Positions 50,185 to 60,801 of a stretch of DNA of 64,000 bases are shown here, one piece after another. The notes under the pieces are model-generated. The model did no database searches. It saw only the letters and a program-made list of their open reading frames with translations, and was not told where the DNA came from. The stretch comes from Candidatus Cloacimonadales bacterium (GTDB lineage: Bacteria > Cloacimonadota > Cloacimonadia > Cloacimonadales > DAONDQ01), in assembly GCA_963662275.1 (NCBI GenBank), contig OY759316.1, positions 1,984,001 to 2,048,000 on the forward strand, given 5' to 3'. The first letter of the stretch is position 1. Each line of letters starts with the position of its first letter. The position numbers were made by a program, and so were the translations under genes.

Positions 50185-52677
50185 CTATTTCAGCAGCATC
50201 AGCTTTTTCATGACCTGGTGTTCAGCAGTCTGCAAGCGGGCAAAATATATACCGCTGCTCACTGCTTCACCATTTTCATTGTTACCGTCCCATTTTATTT
50301 TGTGAGAACCTTCTATTTGCCAGCCATCCCACAGAGTTTTTACCAGTTGTCCCTTCACATTATAAATCTGCAGAGAAGACGAACCGGCTTTAACAGTATT
50401 GTATTCAATGACAGTGCTGGGATTGAAAGGATTGGGATAACAGGTCATTCGTATCGGTACTTCTGCAGCAGGTGTCATGAACGATAGCCTGGTGCCGGCA
50501 TAGAGGTAATCATCACCCTTATGAAGCTTCAGAGGCGACTGTGTAATGACCCTGGTTTGAGGATCATAGACGTAGGCTGTGGAAATGTGCTGCAGTCCGG
50601 CTTTCGATTCATAGTATTTGACAATTTCCAGTTCCGTGTCTTCCGGAAGATCAAGGACATAAGCATTGATTTCCATCAGCGTATCATCAACAACCGAAGC
50701 TCCTTTGCAGACACCGTCCGCATAGACAGCGACCTCTTTCAAGCCGGTTTCTGCTCCGAGAGCGATAAATACCGGCAGGTAATCCGCTTTCTCATTGAAG
50801 GTGAAGTATTCCGGTATTTCCCTGACTACATGAGGTATTGGTCTAATCCGATTCCAGATAAAACTCGGAACTTCATTGTAGCATTTGATGATCGCCATAT
50901 CACCATAATTGAACTGTCTTTTTCCGCTGGAAATCATCCAGCCGTCTTTAGTTCTTGCCATAAACCAGGTTTGGGTTTGAATCGAATACACATTTGCCCA
51001 GATGGAAGCCAGGGCTTTTTCCGGAGACTGGGATTCCGGTAGAAAATATCCAACCCAGTTTTCAATGCGGTTGCCATACAGGTGAAGCGGTGTATCCGGT
51101 GAACATCTCGGTGCTGTGATCGAAAGCTCAGAATAATCTGCGGGAGTAGTAATCAGAGCTTTGTAGCCTTGAGGTGAAGTGAGAACATGTGACTGATTTG
51201 TCCAGAGAGAACCTTCCCGAATATAATTATACGGGTTTCCCATGATACTCCATTCTTCATGCTGTAGAACACCTGTGCCCGCAAGATGTTCCATGACATT
51301 CCCAATCTGAGGATTCGTGTCATAGACATCCAGGACGGGATAACAGAGCCAGGTACAGCCATGATGGCTGGAATCAGTACCGTAGAACTTGTAGTTGCGT
51401 GTTTCCTGGGAAACAGGTAATGCTCCCATATCACTACGGGTATTATCAGCATCAGGAAGTTCAGGATCACCGGCATCAATACACGGGCTTTTACAGTTTG
51501 ATTCCCAGGCTAGCGAGAAGTCATCAGACTCCAGGTTCTTAAACCCGGGATCAAGATTAATAGTGCCTGTATTAACCGTCGGATATACGGTATTACCAAT
51601 ATCGCAATAGGTAATTGTCTGGGGATATTCATTGCTGGAACCAAACGCGCCATTAGTTGCCAGTTGTATTGGCAGGTCATTATGCATCGCATCCTGGTTA
51701 TGATAAATAATGCAATTGCTTAAAACTGCCTGACCGCCCAGATTGCCGGAAGCTCTCTCAAAATAAACGCCGACAGCATTGGTAGATGATATGTGATTAT
51801 GAGCAACTGTGCAATAATCCATGATAAATCTCACCTTGTCCGGACCCAAAAAGTTGAATGCATCCGCTGCATAGATGGCACAGGAATGTGAGAAGTTATC
51901 GTATACCTGGCAACTGCCGAATAGGACATTGTAGGCATTTGACTGATTTTCTGCAGCATGATTTACTTCAAATGCTCCGGCATATCCCGTTGGAGCAGAA
52001 TTTGTATAAATCCCGCACGACTGGACTGTATGCGTACCTTCTTCAATATACAAGCCCCCTCCGGAACTGTCATACCCTCCGTCATCTGCAACTGAATTGC
52101 TGTATATTTTACAATTTGTAATGCTGCTGCTTCCCCGCATGAGGGCAATGCCTCCGCCATGAAGAGCAGTATTATTCCTGATATCGCAATGATCAATATT
52201 TACATTTATGGCATTTTTACAGAATACTCCGCCGCCTCTGCGCTCATTATGCCCATTTGCCGAAATTAATGTACCACCGCCATTTTTCAGTGTGAAACCC
52301 TTCAGATAAATGCTTACACCCGGAGTGACGCAATTAATGATCTCACAGGCGGAATCCGTTAATTGAGCTCCCGTGTTTCCGTGGATCATGGTGGAGCCGA
52401 TAAAATTGGAATTATTCGCTTCACAGTAACGGCTCTCAATCGTCAGGTTAGACGTCCTTCCTGAAATGACAATCGGTCCATAGTCACCGGGATAAACAAT
52501 GATCCTGACAGCCTCGTTAGGATTCATACACGAAATTGCCGTATAAATTTGCTGGAATGGAGAGGCAAGCGTACCTGCTCCGCCGGTTGAAGATGTGATG
52601 TTGACATAAAGCGTTTGCAGTGAGAATAAGATAGAAGTGAGCGTGAGCAGCGTTCCCAAGAAAATGACTCGTTTCAT
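50185..52677 (-). CDS. Secreted beta-helix protein with FlgD-Ig/T9SS-like CTD
   Basis: Signal peptide; GGG repeats; SPCIDAGDP...SDMGA; CYPNPFNPST CTD; GGAGG RBS. Confidence 0.82.
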   Translation of the reverse strand: MKRVIFLGTLLTLTSILFSLQTLYVNITSSTGGAGTLASPFQQIYTAISCMNPNEAVRIIVYPGDYGPIVISGRTSNLTIESRYCEANNSNFIGSTMIHGNTGAQLTDSACEIINCVTPGVSIYLKGFTLKNGGGTLISANGHNERRGGGVFCKNAINVNIDHCDIRNNTALHGGGIALMRGSSSITNCKIYSNSVADDGGYDSSGGGLYIEEGTHTVQSCGIYTNSAPTGYAGAFEVNHAAENQSNAYNVLFGSCQVYDNFSHSCAIYAADAFNFLGPDKVRFIMDYCTVAHNHISSTNAVGVYFERASGNLGGQAVLSNCIIYHNQDAMHNDLPIQLATNGAFGSSNEYPQTITYCDIGNTVYPTVNTGTINLDPGFKNLESDDFSLAWESNCKSPCIDAGDPELPDADNTRSDMGALPVSQETRNYKFYGTDSSHHGCTWLCYPVLDVYDTNPQIGNVMEHLAGTGVLQHEEWSIMGNPYNYIREGSLWTNQSHVLTSPQGYKALITTPADYSELSITAPRCSPDTPLHLYGNRIENWVGYFLPESQSPEKALASIWANVYSIQTQTWFMARTKDGWMISSGKRQFNYGDMAIIKCYNEVPSFIWNRIRPIPHVVREIPEYFTFNEKADYLPVFIALGAETGLKEVAVYADGVCKGASVVDDTLMEINAYVLDLPEDTELEIVKYYESKAGLQHISTAYVYDPQTRVITQSPLKLHKGDDYLYAGTRLSFMTPAAEVPIRMTCYPNPFNPSTVIEYNTVKAGSSSLQIYNVKGQLVKTLWDGWQIEGSHKIKWDGNNENGEAVSSGIYFARLQTAEHQVMKKLMLLK

Positions 52678-52892
52678 TTTTTTCCTCCGTGGGTTGTTCC
52701 TAAAACGTGTATGCCTTAATAGTAATCATTATAATTATATGTCAAGAAAAAGATGGGAATAAATTAATAATTAAATACAAATTGAATATGATGATATTTC
52801 TAACTATATATGGGATCATTTGCAGTCGAGACATGGAACGCTGTTTTCAAACGGCTATGCTTCCAAATAAACTACTATCATTCCACTTAATT

Positions 52893-52972
52893 GATACCAA
52901 GTTCATACCTGTTTCATACCAGTTTCATTCCTGTTTCATTCCTGTTTCGAGAAACTGGTATGAGATAGGATT
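52893..52972. repeat. 11-bp tandem repeats (ATACCTGTTTC-like x5) with one inverted copy
   Basis: ataccaagttc atacctgtttc ataccagtttc attcctgtttc attcctgtttc ... gaaactggtatga. Confidence 0.7.
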
Positions 52973-53389
52973 AATATTTGTTTGAACTTGCTATATATCA
53001 AGTATAAACTTTGGGGCATGATATCGGTTGTTTGGCGGAGATCTGGATATTGAATTGTAGATTATTTTTTGGTATTGATTTTCGAAATAGTTTAGGGTTT
53101 AAGTCCGAAGGACGTTATTCTGTTAGCCAAGGAAGTCCCTACTGGGAAAAGTAGGGGTTCGCGTCAGCAGACACATTCTGGTTAAGAGTCCTGTAGGACG
53201 GAACAAGACTGTAGCGCTTACTTTAGGAGGTTTTTTCTTTGTAGTCACTGCTTCAGCTTGTGTGTAATGATCTTTAGGTCATTGTCTGCCGTCCTGTGAG
53301 CTACCGGAACGCCTGACCCCGTCAGGTGGCAAAACGCACCCCGTGCGTTTCTATCTCCAAGCTGAAGTATGATCGGTATCCTGTTCTTC

Positions 53390-53470
53390 AACCGCGTAAA
53401 TGCGGAGCCACAAAGACCAACCGCGTCAAGGCGGAGCTACGAAGACCAACCGCATAAATGCGGAGCTACG
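53390..53470 (-). repeat. Three copies of the GTAGCTCCGCATTTACGCGGT REP upstream of rpsT
   Basis: Same unit as 24905-25105. Confidence 0.75.
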
Positions 53471-53573
53471 AAAATAGTATGATCGGCATCCTTCTCGAAA
53501 AAAGAAATTGACATAAAAACGCTCTAACTTTCTTTTACACATAATATTATAAGTTAAATGGAGGAACCACCGA

Positions 53574-53831
53574 ATGCCACAACACAAATCACCTCGCAAG
53601 AGACTAAAACAGAACGCAAAACGTGAAGCTCGTAACAACTACGTCAAGAAGACCATCAAAACCTTAGCAAAGAAAATTCATTCTGAGATGCCTATCGAAG
53701 AAAAGAAAGTCATGCTCAGTGAAGTTTTTTCTCAATTAGATAAAGCTGCCAAGAAAGGTGTGATTCATGCCAGAACCGCATCACGCCGCAAATCCCGTAT
53801 TGCCCTATACCTGAATAAACTTGAAGGCTAA
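53574..53831 (+). CDS. rpsT: 30S ribosomal protein S20
   Basis: MPQHKS..KR.KQ..KR..RN; LDKAAKKGVIH.RTASRRKSR. Confidence 0.96.
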   Translation: MPQHKSPRKRLKQNAKREARNNYVKKTIKTLAKKIHSEMPIEEKKVMLSEVFSQLDKAAKKGVIHARTASRRKSRIALYLNKLEG

Positions 53832-53844
53832 ACCATTATAGATG

Positions 53845-53872
53845 AAACGGCAGGTGATGAACCTGCCGTTTT
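53845..53872 (+). terminator. Intrinsic terminator of rpsT
   Basis: AAACGGCAGGT-gatga-ACCTGCCGTTTT. Confidence 0.8.
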
Positions 53873-53924
53873 GCTTTGGAACGCAGTTTGTACTTTCTGT
53901 TGTACCCCCAGTTGAACCGCCAGT

Positions 53925-54049
53925 TGTACCGCGTTATTCATAACGTGTTCCGCTGAATTTATTCAGCTACTACGATCGCAATATCAATATTGCAGTACAC
54001 GTTATGAATAACGCGTTACAATTAGTAGGTTATGAATAACGCGTTACAG
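53925..54049. repeat. REPIN-like inverted pair of GTA(A/C)CGCGTTATTCATAACGTG units plus a third copy
   Basis: CGCGTTATTCATAACGTG (~53930) inverted at ~53998; GTTATGAATAACGCGTTACA repeated at ~54001 and ~54029. Confidence 0.7.
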
Positions 54050-54318
54050 ATTGGAATCTAATGAGTAATCTGCTCTTATGTCACACCTTAGAAGCATCAT
54101 ATTAAAATATAGAAATTACTTTATCTGATATTTCAACTAAAACCATTAATAATCAACTTTTGAGTACCTTTCAAGAACGCAGTCAAATTAATAAAAAAAA
54201 CAATGTAACTAATATATATTGATAAATTAGGATTTATACACAATTTTACTTGACACGAAATATATTGTAAGCTTTTCTGAAATTGCCGGGGATAAATATA
54301 GTAAAAAAATAAATTGTT

Positions 54319-55083
54319 GTGAGAGGTATTCGTGTGAAGTTTGTAGTTTTTTTAGTATTATTTTTATCTGTCCTTCAACTATATTCTCAGGATGTTACTT
54401 ATGTTGATAGAGGATTCAATCGCTATTATGAGGATTTATTAGAAAATACATCAGTGTATTTTTCGACCTCTGATTATGAAATAAGAACAAACACTATTCA
54501 TAATTGTAATGACCTTATGTCCAGGATGAAAGCTCTTAGAAATTCTAAAAGAAAACTAAATAATCTAGAAACAGATAAGTATATTCATTTCTCACAGCTC
54601 TATCTCCAATTACTAAAAAACTATGGTGCTTACAAGATACTTGAAAAAGTAAAAGATGACCTGAAGACATTAAATCCACTAATTCAACAGGATACTTTAT
54701 CATATATTTGGGAAATGAAACCTCTCTTGAAAAAGCAAGTGCTTGATTCATTAAAAATTAATGCACTCGGTATCGATTATTTAAAGCCTACTTTGAATGT
54801 GCAAAATCCCCAAAAGCTAAAATCTATAATAAAGATAACTTATCAATGTCTAAAAGACTCACTTGTAAGTAATGATATTAACGATAATATCGAAAAAAAA
54901 CAGAAAATATTTATATTTGAAAGAGATCGGTTTAATCAAGAAATTCAAGTTGGCTTTATTTCAGGATACTATTGTTTTCCAGATGGTAAATATATTTTTG
55001 ATGATGGAATCAACACTCAAACTGTTTTTTTGAGTTTGCATAATATTGTTTCAATTACCTTACCTCTTTCTTCTTCAAATTAA
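54319..55083 (+). CDS. Hypothetical secreted protein
   Basis: Signal-peptide-like N-terminus; first gene of the ExbBD-like cluster; start uncertain. Confidence 0.7.
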   Translation: MRGIRVKFVVFLVLFLSVLQLYSQDVTYVDRGFNRYYEDLLENTSVYFSTSDYEIRTNTIHNCNDLMSRMKALRNSKRKLNNLETDKYIHFSQLYLQLLKNYGAYKILEKVKDDLKTLNPLIQQDTLSYIWEMKPLLKKQVLDSLKINALGIDYLKPTLNVQNPQKLKSIIKITYQCLKDSLVSNDINDNIEKKQKIFIFERDRFNQEIQVGFISGYYCFPDGKYIFDDGINTQTVFLSLHNIVSITLPLSSSN

Positions 55084-55139
55084 AGAAAATACGGTATTAG
55101 TGATAAATTTTGCATCAATACAATAAAACGGAGGATTAA

Positions 55140-55886
55140 ATGAGCATATGGTTACATTTTGTTAAGTTCTATACCGAAGGAGGTTTTTTTATGAATATTA
55201 TAACCTTCTGGGGCATAACGGCTATTGTTCTTTTTATTGAAAGGTATTACGTGATTTGGTTATCGAAAACAAAGAAAATGTCGAAAATTCAACTTGATAA
55301 TTTAGGAAATAGTATTCTTGAAGAGAGTCAAAAAAGTATCAGCTATAAGGAAATGAAAGAGCAACTGACCAAATCGATATATACTAATTATGAAAACATT
55401 CCAAAGCATCCGAAGGAAATTAACTCACTTACAACTGAAAACCAATTAAAAGAATCATTGGCAATAGATGATTTAAATAACGAAATAGTTCATAAAACTA
55501 AACTCCAGGATAAAGTTGATCCGGATCTTTTAACCTATCAAACAATAAGTAGTTATTATATACTTATGGAAGAAGAGAGAAGGATGGAAAACTATATCCG
55601 TGATGAATATGAAAGGTTGAACGATAGAGTAGATTGGTTATATCAATTAGCAAATCTATCAACATTAACAGGCTTGTTAGGAACTGTTTTTGGATTAATC
55701 ACAGCATTTGCTTCAACATCTGCTGCTGATCCTTCCCAAAAAGGGATATTGCTATCGATAGGAATTTCAAATGCTATGAATACGACGGCTTTTGGATTAG
55801 TCATTGCATTGCCTTGTCTGGCAATATTTCAACTTTTTTGTTGGAAAATTGATAAGAGAATACACAAATTGGAAAAAAGTTTGTAA
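55140..55886 (+). CDS. MotA/TolQ/ExbB proton channel protein
   Basis: EGGFFM..I...G.....L.IER; TLTGLLGTVFGLI.AF......DP.QK..LL..GIS.AM.TTAFGL.IA. Confidence 0.9.
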   Translation: MSIWLHFVKFYTEGGFFMNIITFWGITAIVLFIERYYVIWLSKTKKMSKIQLDNLGNSILEESQKSISYKEMKEQLTKSIYTNYENIPKHPKEINSLTTENQLKESLAIDDLNNEIVHKTKLQDKVDPDLLTYQTISSYYILMEEERRMENYIRDEYERLNDRVDWLYQLANLSTLTGLLGTVFGLITAFASTSAADPSQKGILLSIGISNAMNTTAFGLVIALPCLAIFQLFCWKIDKRIHKLEKSL

Positions 55887-55888
55887 AA

Positions 55889-56320
55889 ATGTCAAAATAT
55901 TCAAAATCAAGAGATCAGAGAGAGTTACTGCTCATACCAATTATGGGACTTTTTCTTACAATAGTTCCATTATTGCTATTGTCAGTAAGTTTTGTTCATG
56001 TTGGGTCAATCAATATTTCTCTTCCCACTTTAGGTGTTGTTTCTAGGGAACAGAAAGCTGTGATGAAAGATGATATTATAACGGTGAAACTGCAAGAAGA
56101 TCATACCTTGACACTGGTTCAAAACGATCTTGTATTAAAAAATACTAAATTAGAAGCGAGCGCTATCTATGACTATCTAAAGCTATCAATACCCAATAAT
56201 ATCAAAACATCCACAATTGTCTTTATTGATATTGCTGATCAGATCCCTTATGCTGACATGATTCAAATAATAGATGCCCTTAGAGATAGGGGATTTTATA
56301 AAATAAGTGTTTACAAATGA
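55889..56320 (+). CDS. ExbD/TolR-like protein (TM segment lacks the usual Asp)
   Basis: ELLLIPIMGLFLTIVPLLLLSVSF....I.I.LP; IPYADMIQIIDALR..GF.KI. Confidence 0.8.
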   Translation: MSKYSKSRDQRELLLIPIMGLFLTIVPLLLLSVSFVHVGSINISLPTLGVVSREQKAVMKDDIITVKLQEDHTLTLVQNDLVLKNTKLEASAIYDYLKLSIPNNIKTSTIVFIDIADQIPYADMIQIIDALRDRGFYKISVYK

Positions 56321-56787
56321 AAAGAAAAACATATCTAAAAAAGCCAAATCGTAAAACAATACAAATCACATCGATGCTTGATGTTTTTACGATTCTGCTC
56401 GTTTTTCTAATAAAAAATATCTCATCAGATAGTGACAATATGTTGAATATGATCAAGGAATTTGAATTACCTTACTCACACTCTCTAGAGAACGTGCATA
56501 AAACATACTTAATTGTAATTGGAGTCAACGGGATTTCCGTTAATAATGAGTCAGTAATCGAGAAAGCAAATACTAGTCAGCTAACAGCTCATGATTTTGA
56601 TTTGATGCGTAAGAAAATAGAGAATATGAAGGCTGAAGTTCAAAAATCAAAATTAAAGTTCTCAGTAGAAATCACAATAGCTGCAGACAAAAAAATACCT
56701 TCCTACGTAATTAAAAATGTCCTTGCTCTATGCGCAGAAAATGGATTCAATCAGATTTATTTGGCGACTAAGAAGTTGGAACCCTAA
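56317..56787 (+). CDS. ExbD/TolR-like protein
   Basis: IQITSMLDVFTILLVFLIK; IAADKKIP..VIK.VL......GF.QI.LA. Confidence 0.85.
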   Translation: MKRKTYLKKPNRKTIQITSMLDVFTILLVFLIKNISSDSDNMLNMIKEFELPYSHSLENVHKTYLIVIGVNGISVNNESVIEKANTSQLTAHDFDLMRKKIENMKAEVQKSKLKFSVEITIAADKKIPSYVIKNVLALCAENGFNQIYLATKKLEP

Positions 56788-57746
56788 TGTCATTTATTAT
56801 GTTTTTCAATTTCAAGACTCTATTATTAATTGGCCTAATGGGGTATGTTGTTTTACTCTTTGCAATATACAATACCAAGTTACCCAGTAATCTGAATAAT
56901 ATGAGTGATAAATATATAAAAAGATTAGTAGGTTATGCGGTTAAAAATGAAACCCAAGACTATAAATTAGCTAGCTTTCATAATGAACAGATGACTAATA
57001 ATGTTTTTAAAAACAATACAGATAAATCTCTAACACAAAAGAACAATAAAAAGCCAAACAGAACGATAAAGAAGTTAGAAAACATTAACTCATTTGAAGA
57101 TTCAGATCTTAAGAATTCTTCAAACAATGAAGAATCTTATGAAATACCTCAAATTGCATCACCTAAAATCAGGAATCGAACCAACACCGAGACACCCCAA
57201 AGATCAATGTTTACTTCATCAAACACAGATTTGATTGTCACAACTAAATCACAAAATGAATCATTTGATATTCTAGAAAATGCAATTCCTAAATCATCAA
57301 GGAAATTGAACAAAGGCCTAATTTTTAGTCCCAGTGATAACTATAAAAAATCAAATAATAGGAATAATGAAACTAAAGCAAATGATTTATCTAGTAAATC
57401 ATCTGTAAATATACAAAATTCTGAGACTATCGAAATTAATGATGTAATTAGGAAATATGGAAGCAAAACGTATGATCCAATTCCCCCAATGAACATGAGA
57501 CAAATATATGATAAATTATTGAAATTGTATCCAATGATTGAACGATACGAAAAAGATGAACAAGTTGTCGTTATTTCTGATCCGGAAGGCCAACCAAGTA
57601 TCCATGTCGTGATAGATATTAAGACTTATCCCCCAAAAATATCGTTCTTAAAAAATGAATTTTCACAAAATAGAATTCCTTACTTGCTTGATTATTTGAA
57701 AGCTACCTGTAAAAATTTAGAAAAAAAATATCAGAAAAGCAAATAG
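56787..57746 (+). CDS. Single-TM protein with long low-complexity spacer (TonB/GltG-like position)
   Basis: N-terminal TM, N/S/K-rich linker, compact C-terminal domain; context only. Confidence 0.5.
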   Translation: MSFIMFFNFKTLLLIGLMGYVVLLFAIYNTKLPSNLNNMSDKYIKRLVGYAVKNETQDYKLASFHNEQMTNNVFKNNTDKSLTQKNNKKPNRTIKKLENINSFEDSDLKNSSNNEESYEIPQIASPKIRNRTNTETPQRSMFTSSNTDLIVTTKSQNESFDILENAIPKSSRKLNKGLIFSPSDNYKKSNNRNNETKANDLSSKSSVNIQNSETIEINDVIRKYGSKTYDPIPPMNMRQIYDKLLKLYPMIERYEKDEQVVVISDPEGQPSIHVVIDIKTYPPKISFLKNEFSQNRIPYLLDYLKATCKNLEKKYQKSK

Positions 57747-57769
57747 TTGCTAATGAAGGCAGGGCAAAA

Positions 57770-59701
57770 ATGACTAGAAACATGTTTGTATTGATTTGCA
57801 TTTTGTTTTATACAAGCTTAATGGCTCAGTATTTACAACCGAATCCAAAATTAGCCAAAAAATGTAGGGTGCTTGCTGCTCATCGTTTTCAAGTTGAAGA
57901 TTATTCAGGGGCAAAAGTAACCTGCGATAGTTTATTACTGTTCGTACCATATACTAGTTTAATTAGCACATTGAAATCAGTAGGGTCAAATTTCTTTGTT
58001 GGTGCAGATAATTTTGATGATGATCGTCAACAGCAGCTTCAGCTATACGGATACGCACTAACATATTTTAATAGAGCTATCGAATATACTACAAAACCAG
58101 ATCTGTACTTCTATAAATATGCTTGTGAATATAGGATTAACAATTTGAATGCCAGACCTGATGATAATTTCCCTTACATTGTCCGATTGTGGAATTCTAT
58201 CCAAGATCATGAAACATATAATGAATGGAAAGATAAGTATTACTCAGATATGCCAGATAGTAATTACTATCAAATCTTCTTTGATTATTCAATACAATCA
58301 GCATTAGTTGATGCATCACCATCCAGATATTTACCGATGTTATTAAACTGTTGTGATCGTTTGGCTGAAATGTCTGATGCTCAAAAGAAAATTACTTGGG
58401 AAAAAACCAAATCCAGGCTTGAATTTGATAATCAGAATTTCGATTGTGGTGTTCTTTTCTATTACGGTTTAGAAACCGCGAATGCGGCACTACAAGTAAA
58501 GGATAAACAGTTATTAGAAATATCCCTCAATAGATATTTCGAGAACGCAATAAAGAAGGCAAAATTACCCGGATCAAAGGCTTTAATTTGTTATAATGCA
58601 TATATGTATGAATACGTAAATGATATTCATGATTTCGAGAGAGCATGTGAATTTATAAAAAGGGCTGTTGAATTTTCTCCCAATGATCCTGATTATCAAG
58701 AGTGTTTTGGCTATACATTTGTCCAAAACTATGAATCTCATAAAAAACAAGGTGAAAACGATTCTGAAAATAGAGCTTCTAATTGGGAGAGTGCTCTAGA
58801 ATATATCACTGAGGTGGCTGATTTTGCTTATTCGAAGCAAAACGAAGCTTGTTTTAAAGCAGCTGATTTTTACACTTTTCTGCATATGATGAGTGTATCA
58901 CCCGGAGAGAAAATCTTAAAAGCAAAAGAATACATAAATAAATCCTATATTCTTAATCCCAATTGGGCATCATCACAGACAGTGTTGAAAGATTTAATGT
59001 GGAATATTTACGATTTAAATGGCGGTCAACTTGAACTACGAACTTTTATTAATAACCATGGGGGAGATTATGATGCGTTTTACGCGTACAAGTATTCAGA
59101 AAAAAATAACGATAATAAGGATAATATCCAATACACTGCTAATATACAAGAATACATTGATCTATTAAATATTTATCAGATATCATTGTCGAATAATATG
59201 AATATTCCTGATTCACTCTTATTTTTAAGGAAGGCAGGTCGTAAATTAGAAGAATTTACTAAATCTATTCAAACTACGGACATCAATTCTTCTGAATGGG
59301 TTGATTTTCAAACTAGTATTCAGAACTTTCTCAAATCGGTAGATTTAGCAATTAAAAGAAAATTTGAATTAGTATATAATCCTCTAAGGAACTGGAGATC
59401 TTTTTCCAGTTTGAAACAAGCAAAAGCGTTTTCCAGTGTGTTTGATTCTGCGGTGAATTTGATGGATCATGAAATTTTTATTGAGTTAAATGTAAATACT
59501 CCAAATAAGGTAATTCGTAAATTTTCGTCTAAATTCGAAAGTATTTGCGCAGAAAAAATCAGATTAGGGAATACTCAATATATCCAAGATGTAGAATTCC
59601 CATTTTATCAGAATTTGAAAGAAAAAAGTAGATCAGTGCTAGTTAAGAATTTTACAAATCAAAACGTAAAAGACATGCTCAGAGGTCTTTTAATGAAATA
59701 A
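57770..59701 (+). CDS. Secreted TPR-like helical protein
   Basis: Signal peptide; ALTYFNRAIEY, ACEFIKRAVEFSPND.DY, AKEYINKSYILNPN TPR-like segments. Confidence 0.65.
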   Translation: MTRNMFVLICILFYTSLMAQYLQPNPKLAKKCRVLAAHRFQVEDYSGAKVTCDSLLLFVPYTSLISTLKSVGSNFFVGADNFDDDRQQQLQLYGYALTYFNRAIEYTTKPDLYFYKYACEYRINNLNARPDDNFPYIVRLWNSIQDHETYNEWKDKYYSDMPDSNYYQIFFDYSIQSALVDASPSRYLPMLLNCCDRLAEMSDAQKKITWEKTKSRLEFDNQNFDCGVLFYYGLETANAALQVKDKQLLEISLNRYFENAIKKAKLPGSKALICYNAYMYEYVNDIHDFERACEFIKRAVEFSPNDPDYQECFGYTFVQNYESHKKQGENDSENRASNWESALEYITEVADFAYSKQNEACFKAADFYTFLHMMSVSPGEKILKAKEYINKSYILNPNWASSQTVLKDLMWNIYDLNGGQLELRTFINNHGGDYDAFYAYKYSEKNNDNKDNIQYTANIQEYIDLLNIYQISLSNNMNIPDSLLFLRKAGRKLEEFTKSIQTTDINSSEWVDFQTSIQNFLKSVDLAIKRKFELVYNPLRNWRSFSSLKQAKAFSSVFDSAVNLMDHEIFIELNVNTPNKVIRKFSSKFESICAEKIRLGNTQYIQDVEFPFYQNLKEKSRSVLVKNFTNQNVKDMLRGLLMK

Positions 59702-59768
59702 TAAAGGTGAAATTGAAGTTGATTTTTTGATTCAAAATTGATTCTTAGTTAAATTATAGGAGGTTAAT

Positions 59769-59825
59769 ATGGGTGGAAGTGTTATTCAAGAACAACAAAA
59801 AAGTGATCAAAGAGTATACTTAACA
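59769..59825 (+). pseudogene. 5' stub of a gene (MGGSVIQEQQKSDQRVYL...) interrupted by YR-IS91 element copy 2
   Basis: AGGAGG RBS + ATG; the frame ends at the element junction; the remainder would lie beyond the window. Confidence 0.55.
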
Positions 59826-60054
59826 TAATATGGATATTTCGGAGTGAGAGAGCATAGTGTACGCTCCAACAGAGCCACGTCTTCGGAAAAATAGAGCCAC
59901 TCTTCTATTTTCAATAATTAATACAGGTAATATACAAAAAAATAAGCTATAACTAATCTTTTTGCGACGGCTGCCGTGAAGTGAGGCCGTAGGCCGAGCG
60001 AAGCGGCAGCCGTCGCCGGGAAAGTTGTAGTACCATCCCAAGTATTAACTATCG

Positions 60055-60801
60055 TTATTCTTTCTTAATGCCATTGCGTTCTCTCATTGACACTTTACCA
60101 TCGATAAAAATAGGATAGGAATCGTGTATAATCCGGTCAAGGATGGCATCGGCAAGGGTTTCCTGACCAATCTTCTCATGCCATCCTCCGGTTCTGAACT
60201 GAGAACAGAAGATCGTTGATGAGTGCTGATGCCTCGCTTCGATAATCTCCAAAAGATCTCTTGCCTCTTGTTCTCTGAGTGGTGTCAGCAGCCATTCATC
60301 AAGTATCAGCAGTTTGATCTGCTTGTATTGTTTTATGACTTTCTTAAAAATACCTTCACCTCTGGCAACTGCCAGGTCATCCAGCAATTCGGGAAGTCGT
60401 ATATATCTGACAGGATAATAGTTCCGGCAGGCTGCTATCCCGAAAGCACAACCCAGCCAGGATTTCCCGTTTCCTGATGCTCCCATAATGATTATATTCC
60501 GATTTTCGCTGATGTAACTGCAGGTTGATAAACGGATAATCTCAGATCGATCCAGCTTTCTGTCATCATGATATTCTACGTCTTCAATACTTGCCTGGCT
60601 GAACTTCAAGTTTGCCTTCTTAATTAGCCTCTGCAGTCTGTTATTTTTGCGTCTGGCCCATTCAGCATCTACGAGCAGACTGAAGCGTTCTTCGAAAAGC
60701 AAATCCTTAAATGCACCATCATGTAATTGCTGGCAGAAAGTATCAGCCATAGCACTCAAATGCATCTCGTGAAGCTTATTGACTGTTGATTGGCTGATCA
60801 T
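60055..60801 (-). CDS. istB: IS21 helper ATPase IstB
   Basis: GASGNGKS, LLILDEW, DAILDRIIH. Confidence 0.95.
   Translation of the reverse strand: MISQSTVNKLHEMHLSAMADTFCQQLHDGAFKDLLFEERFSLLVDAEWARRKNNRLQRLIKKANLKFSQASIEDVEYHDDRKLDRSEIIRLSTCSYISENRNIIIMGASGNGKSWLGCAFGIAACRNYYPVRYIRLPELLDDLAVARGEGIFKKVIKQYKQIKLLILDEWLLTPLREQEARDLLEIIEARHQHSSTIFCSQFRTGGWHEKIGQETLADAILDRIIHDSYPIFIDGKVSMRERNGIKKE

Noticed and set aside
53095..53350. Possible riboswitch or ncRNA upstream of rpsT
   Set aside because: Only short GTCC..GGAC-type hairpins typical of dispersed repeats; no recognisable RNA family.
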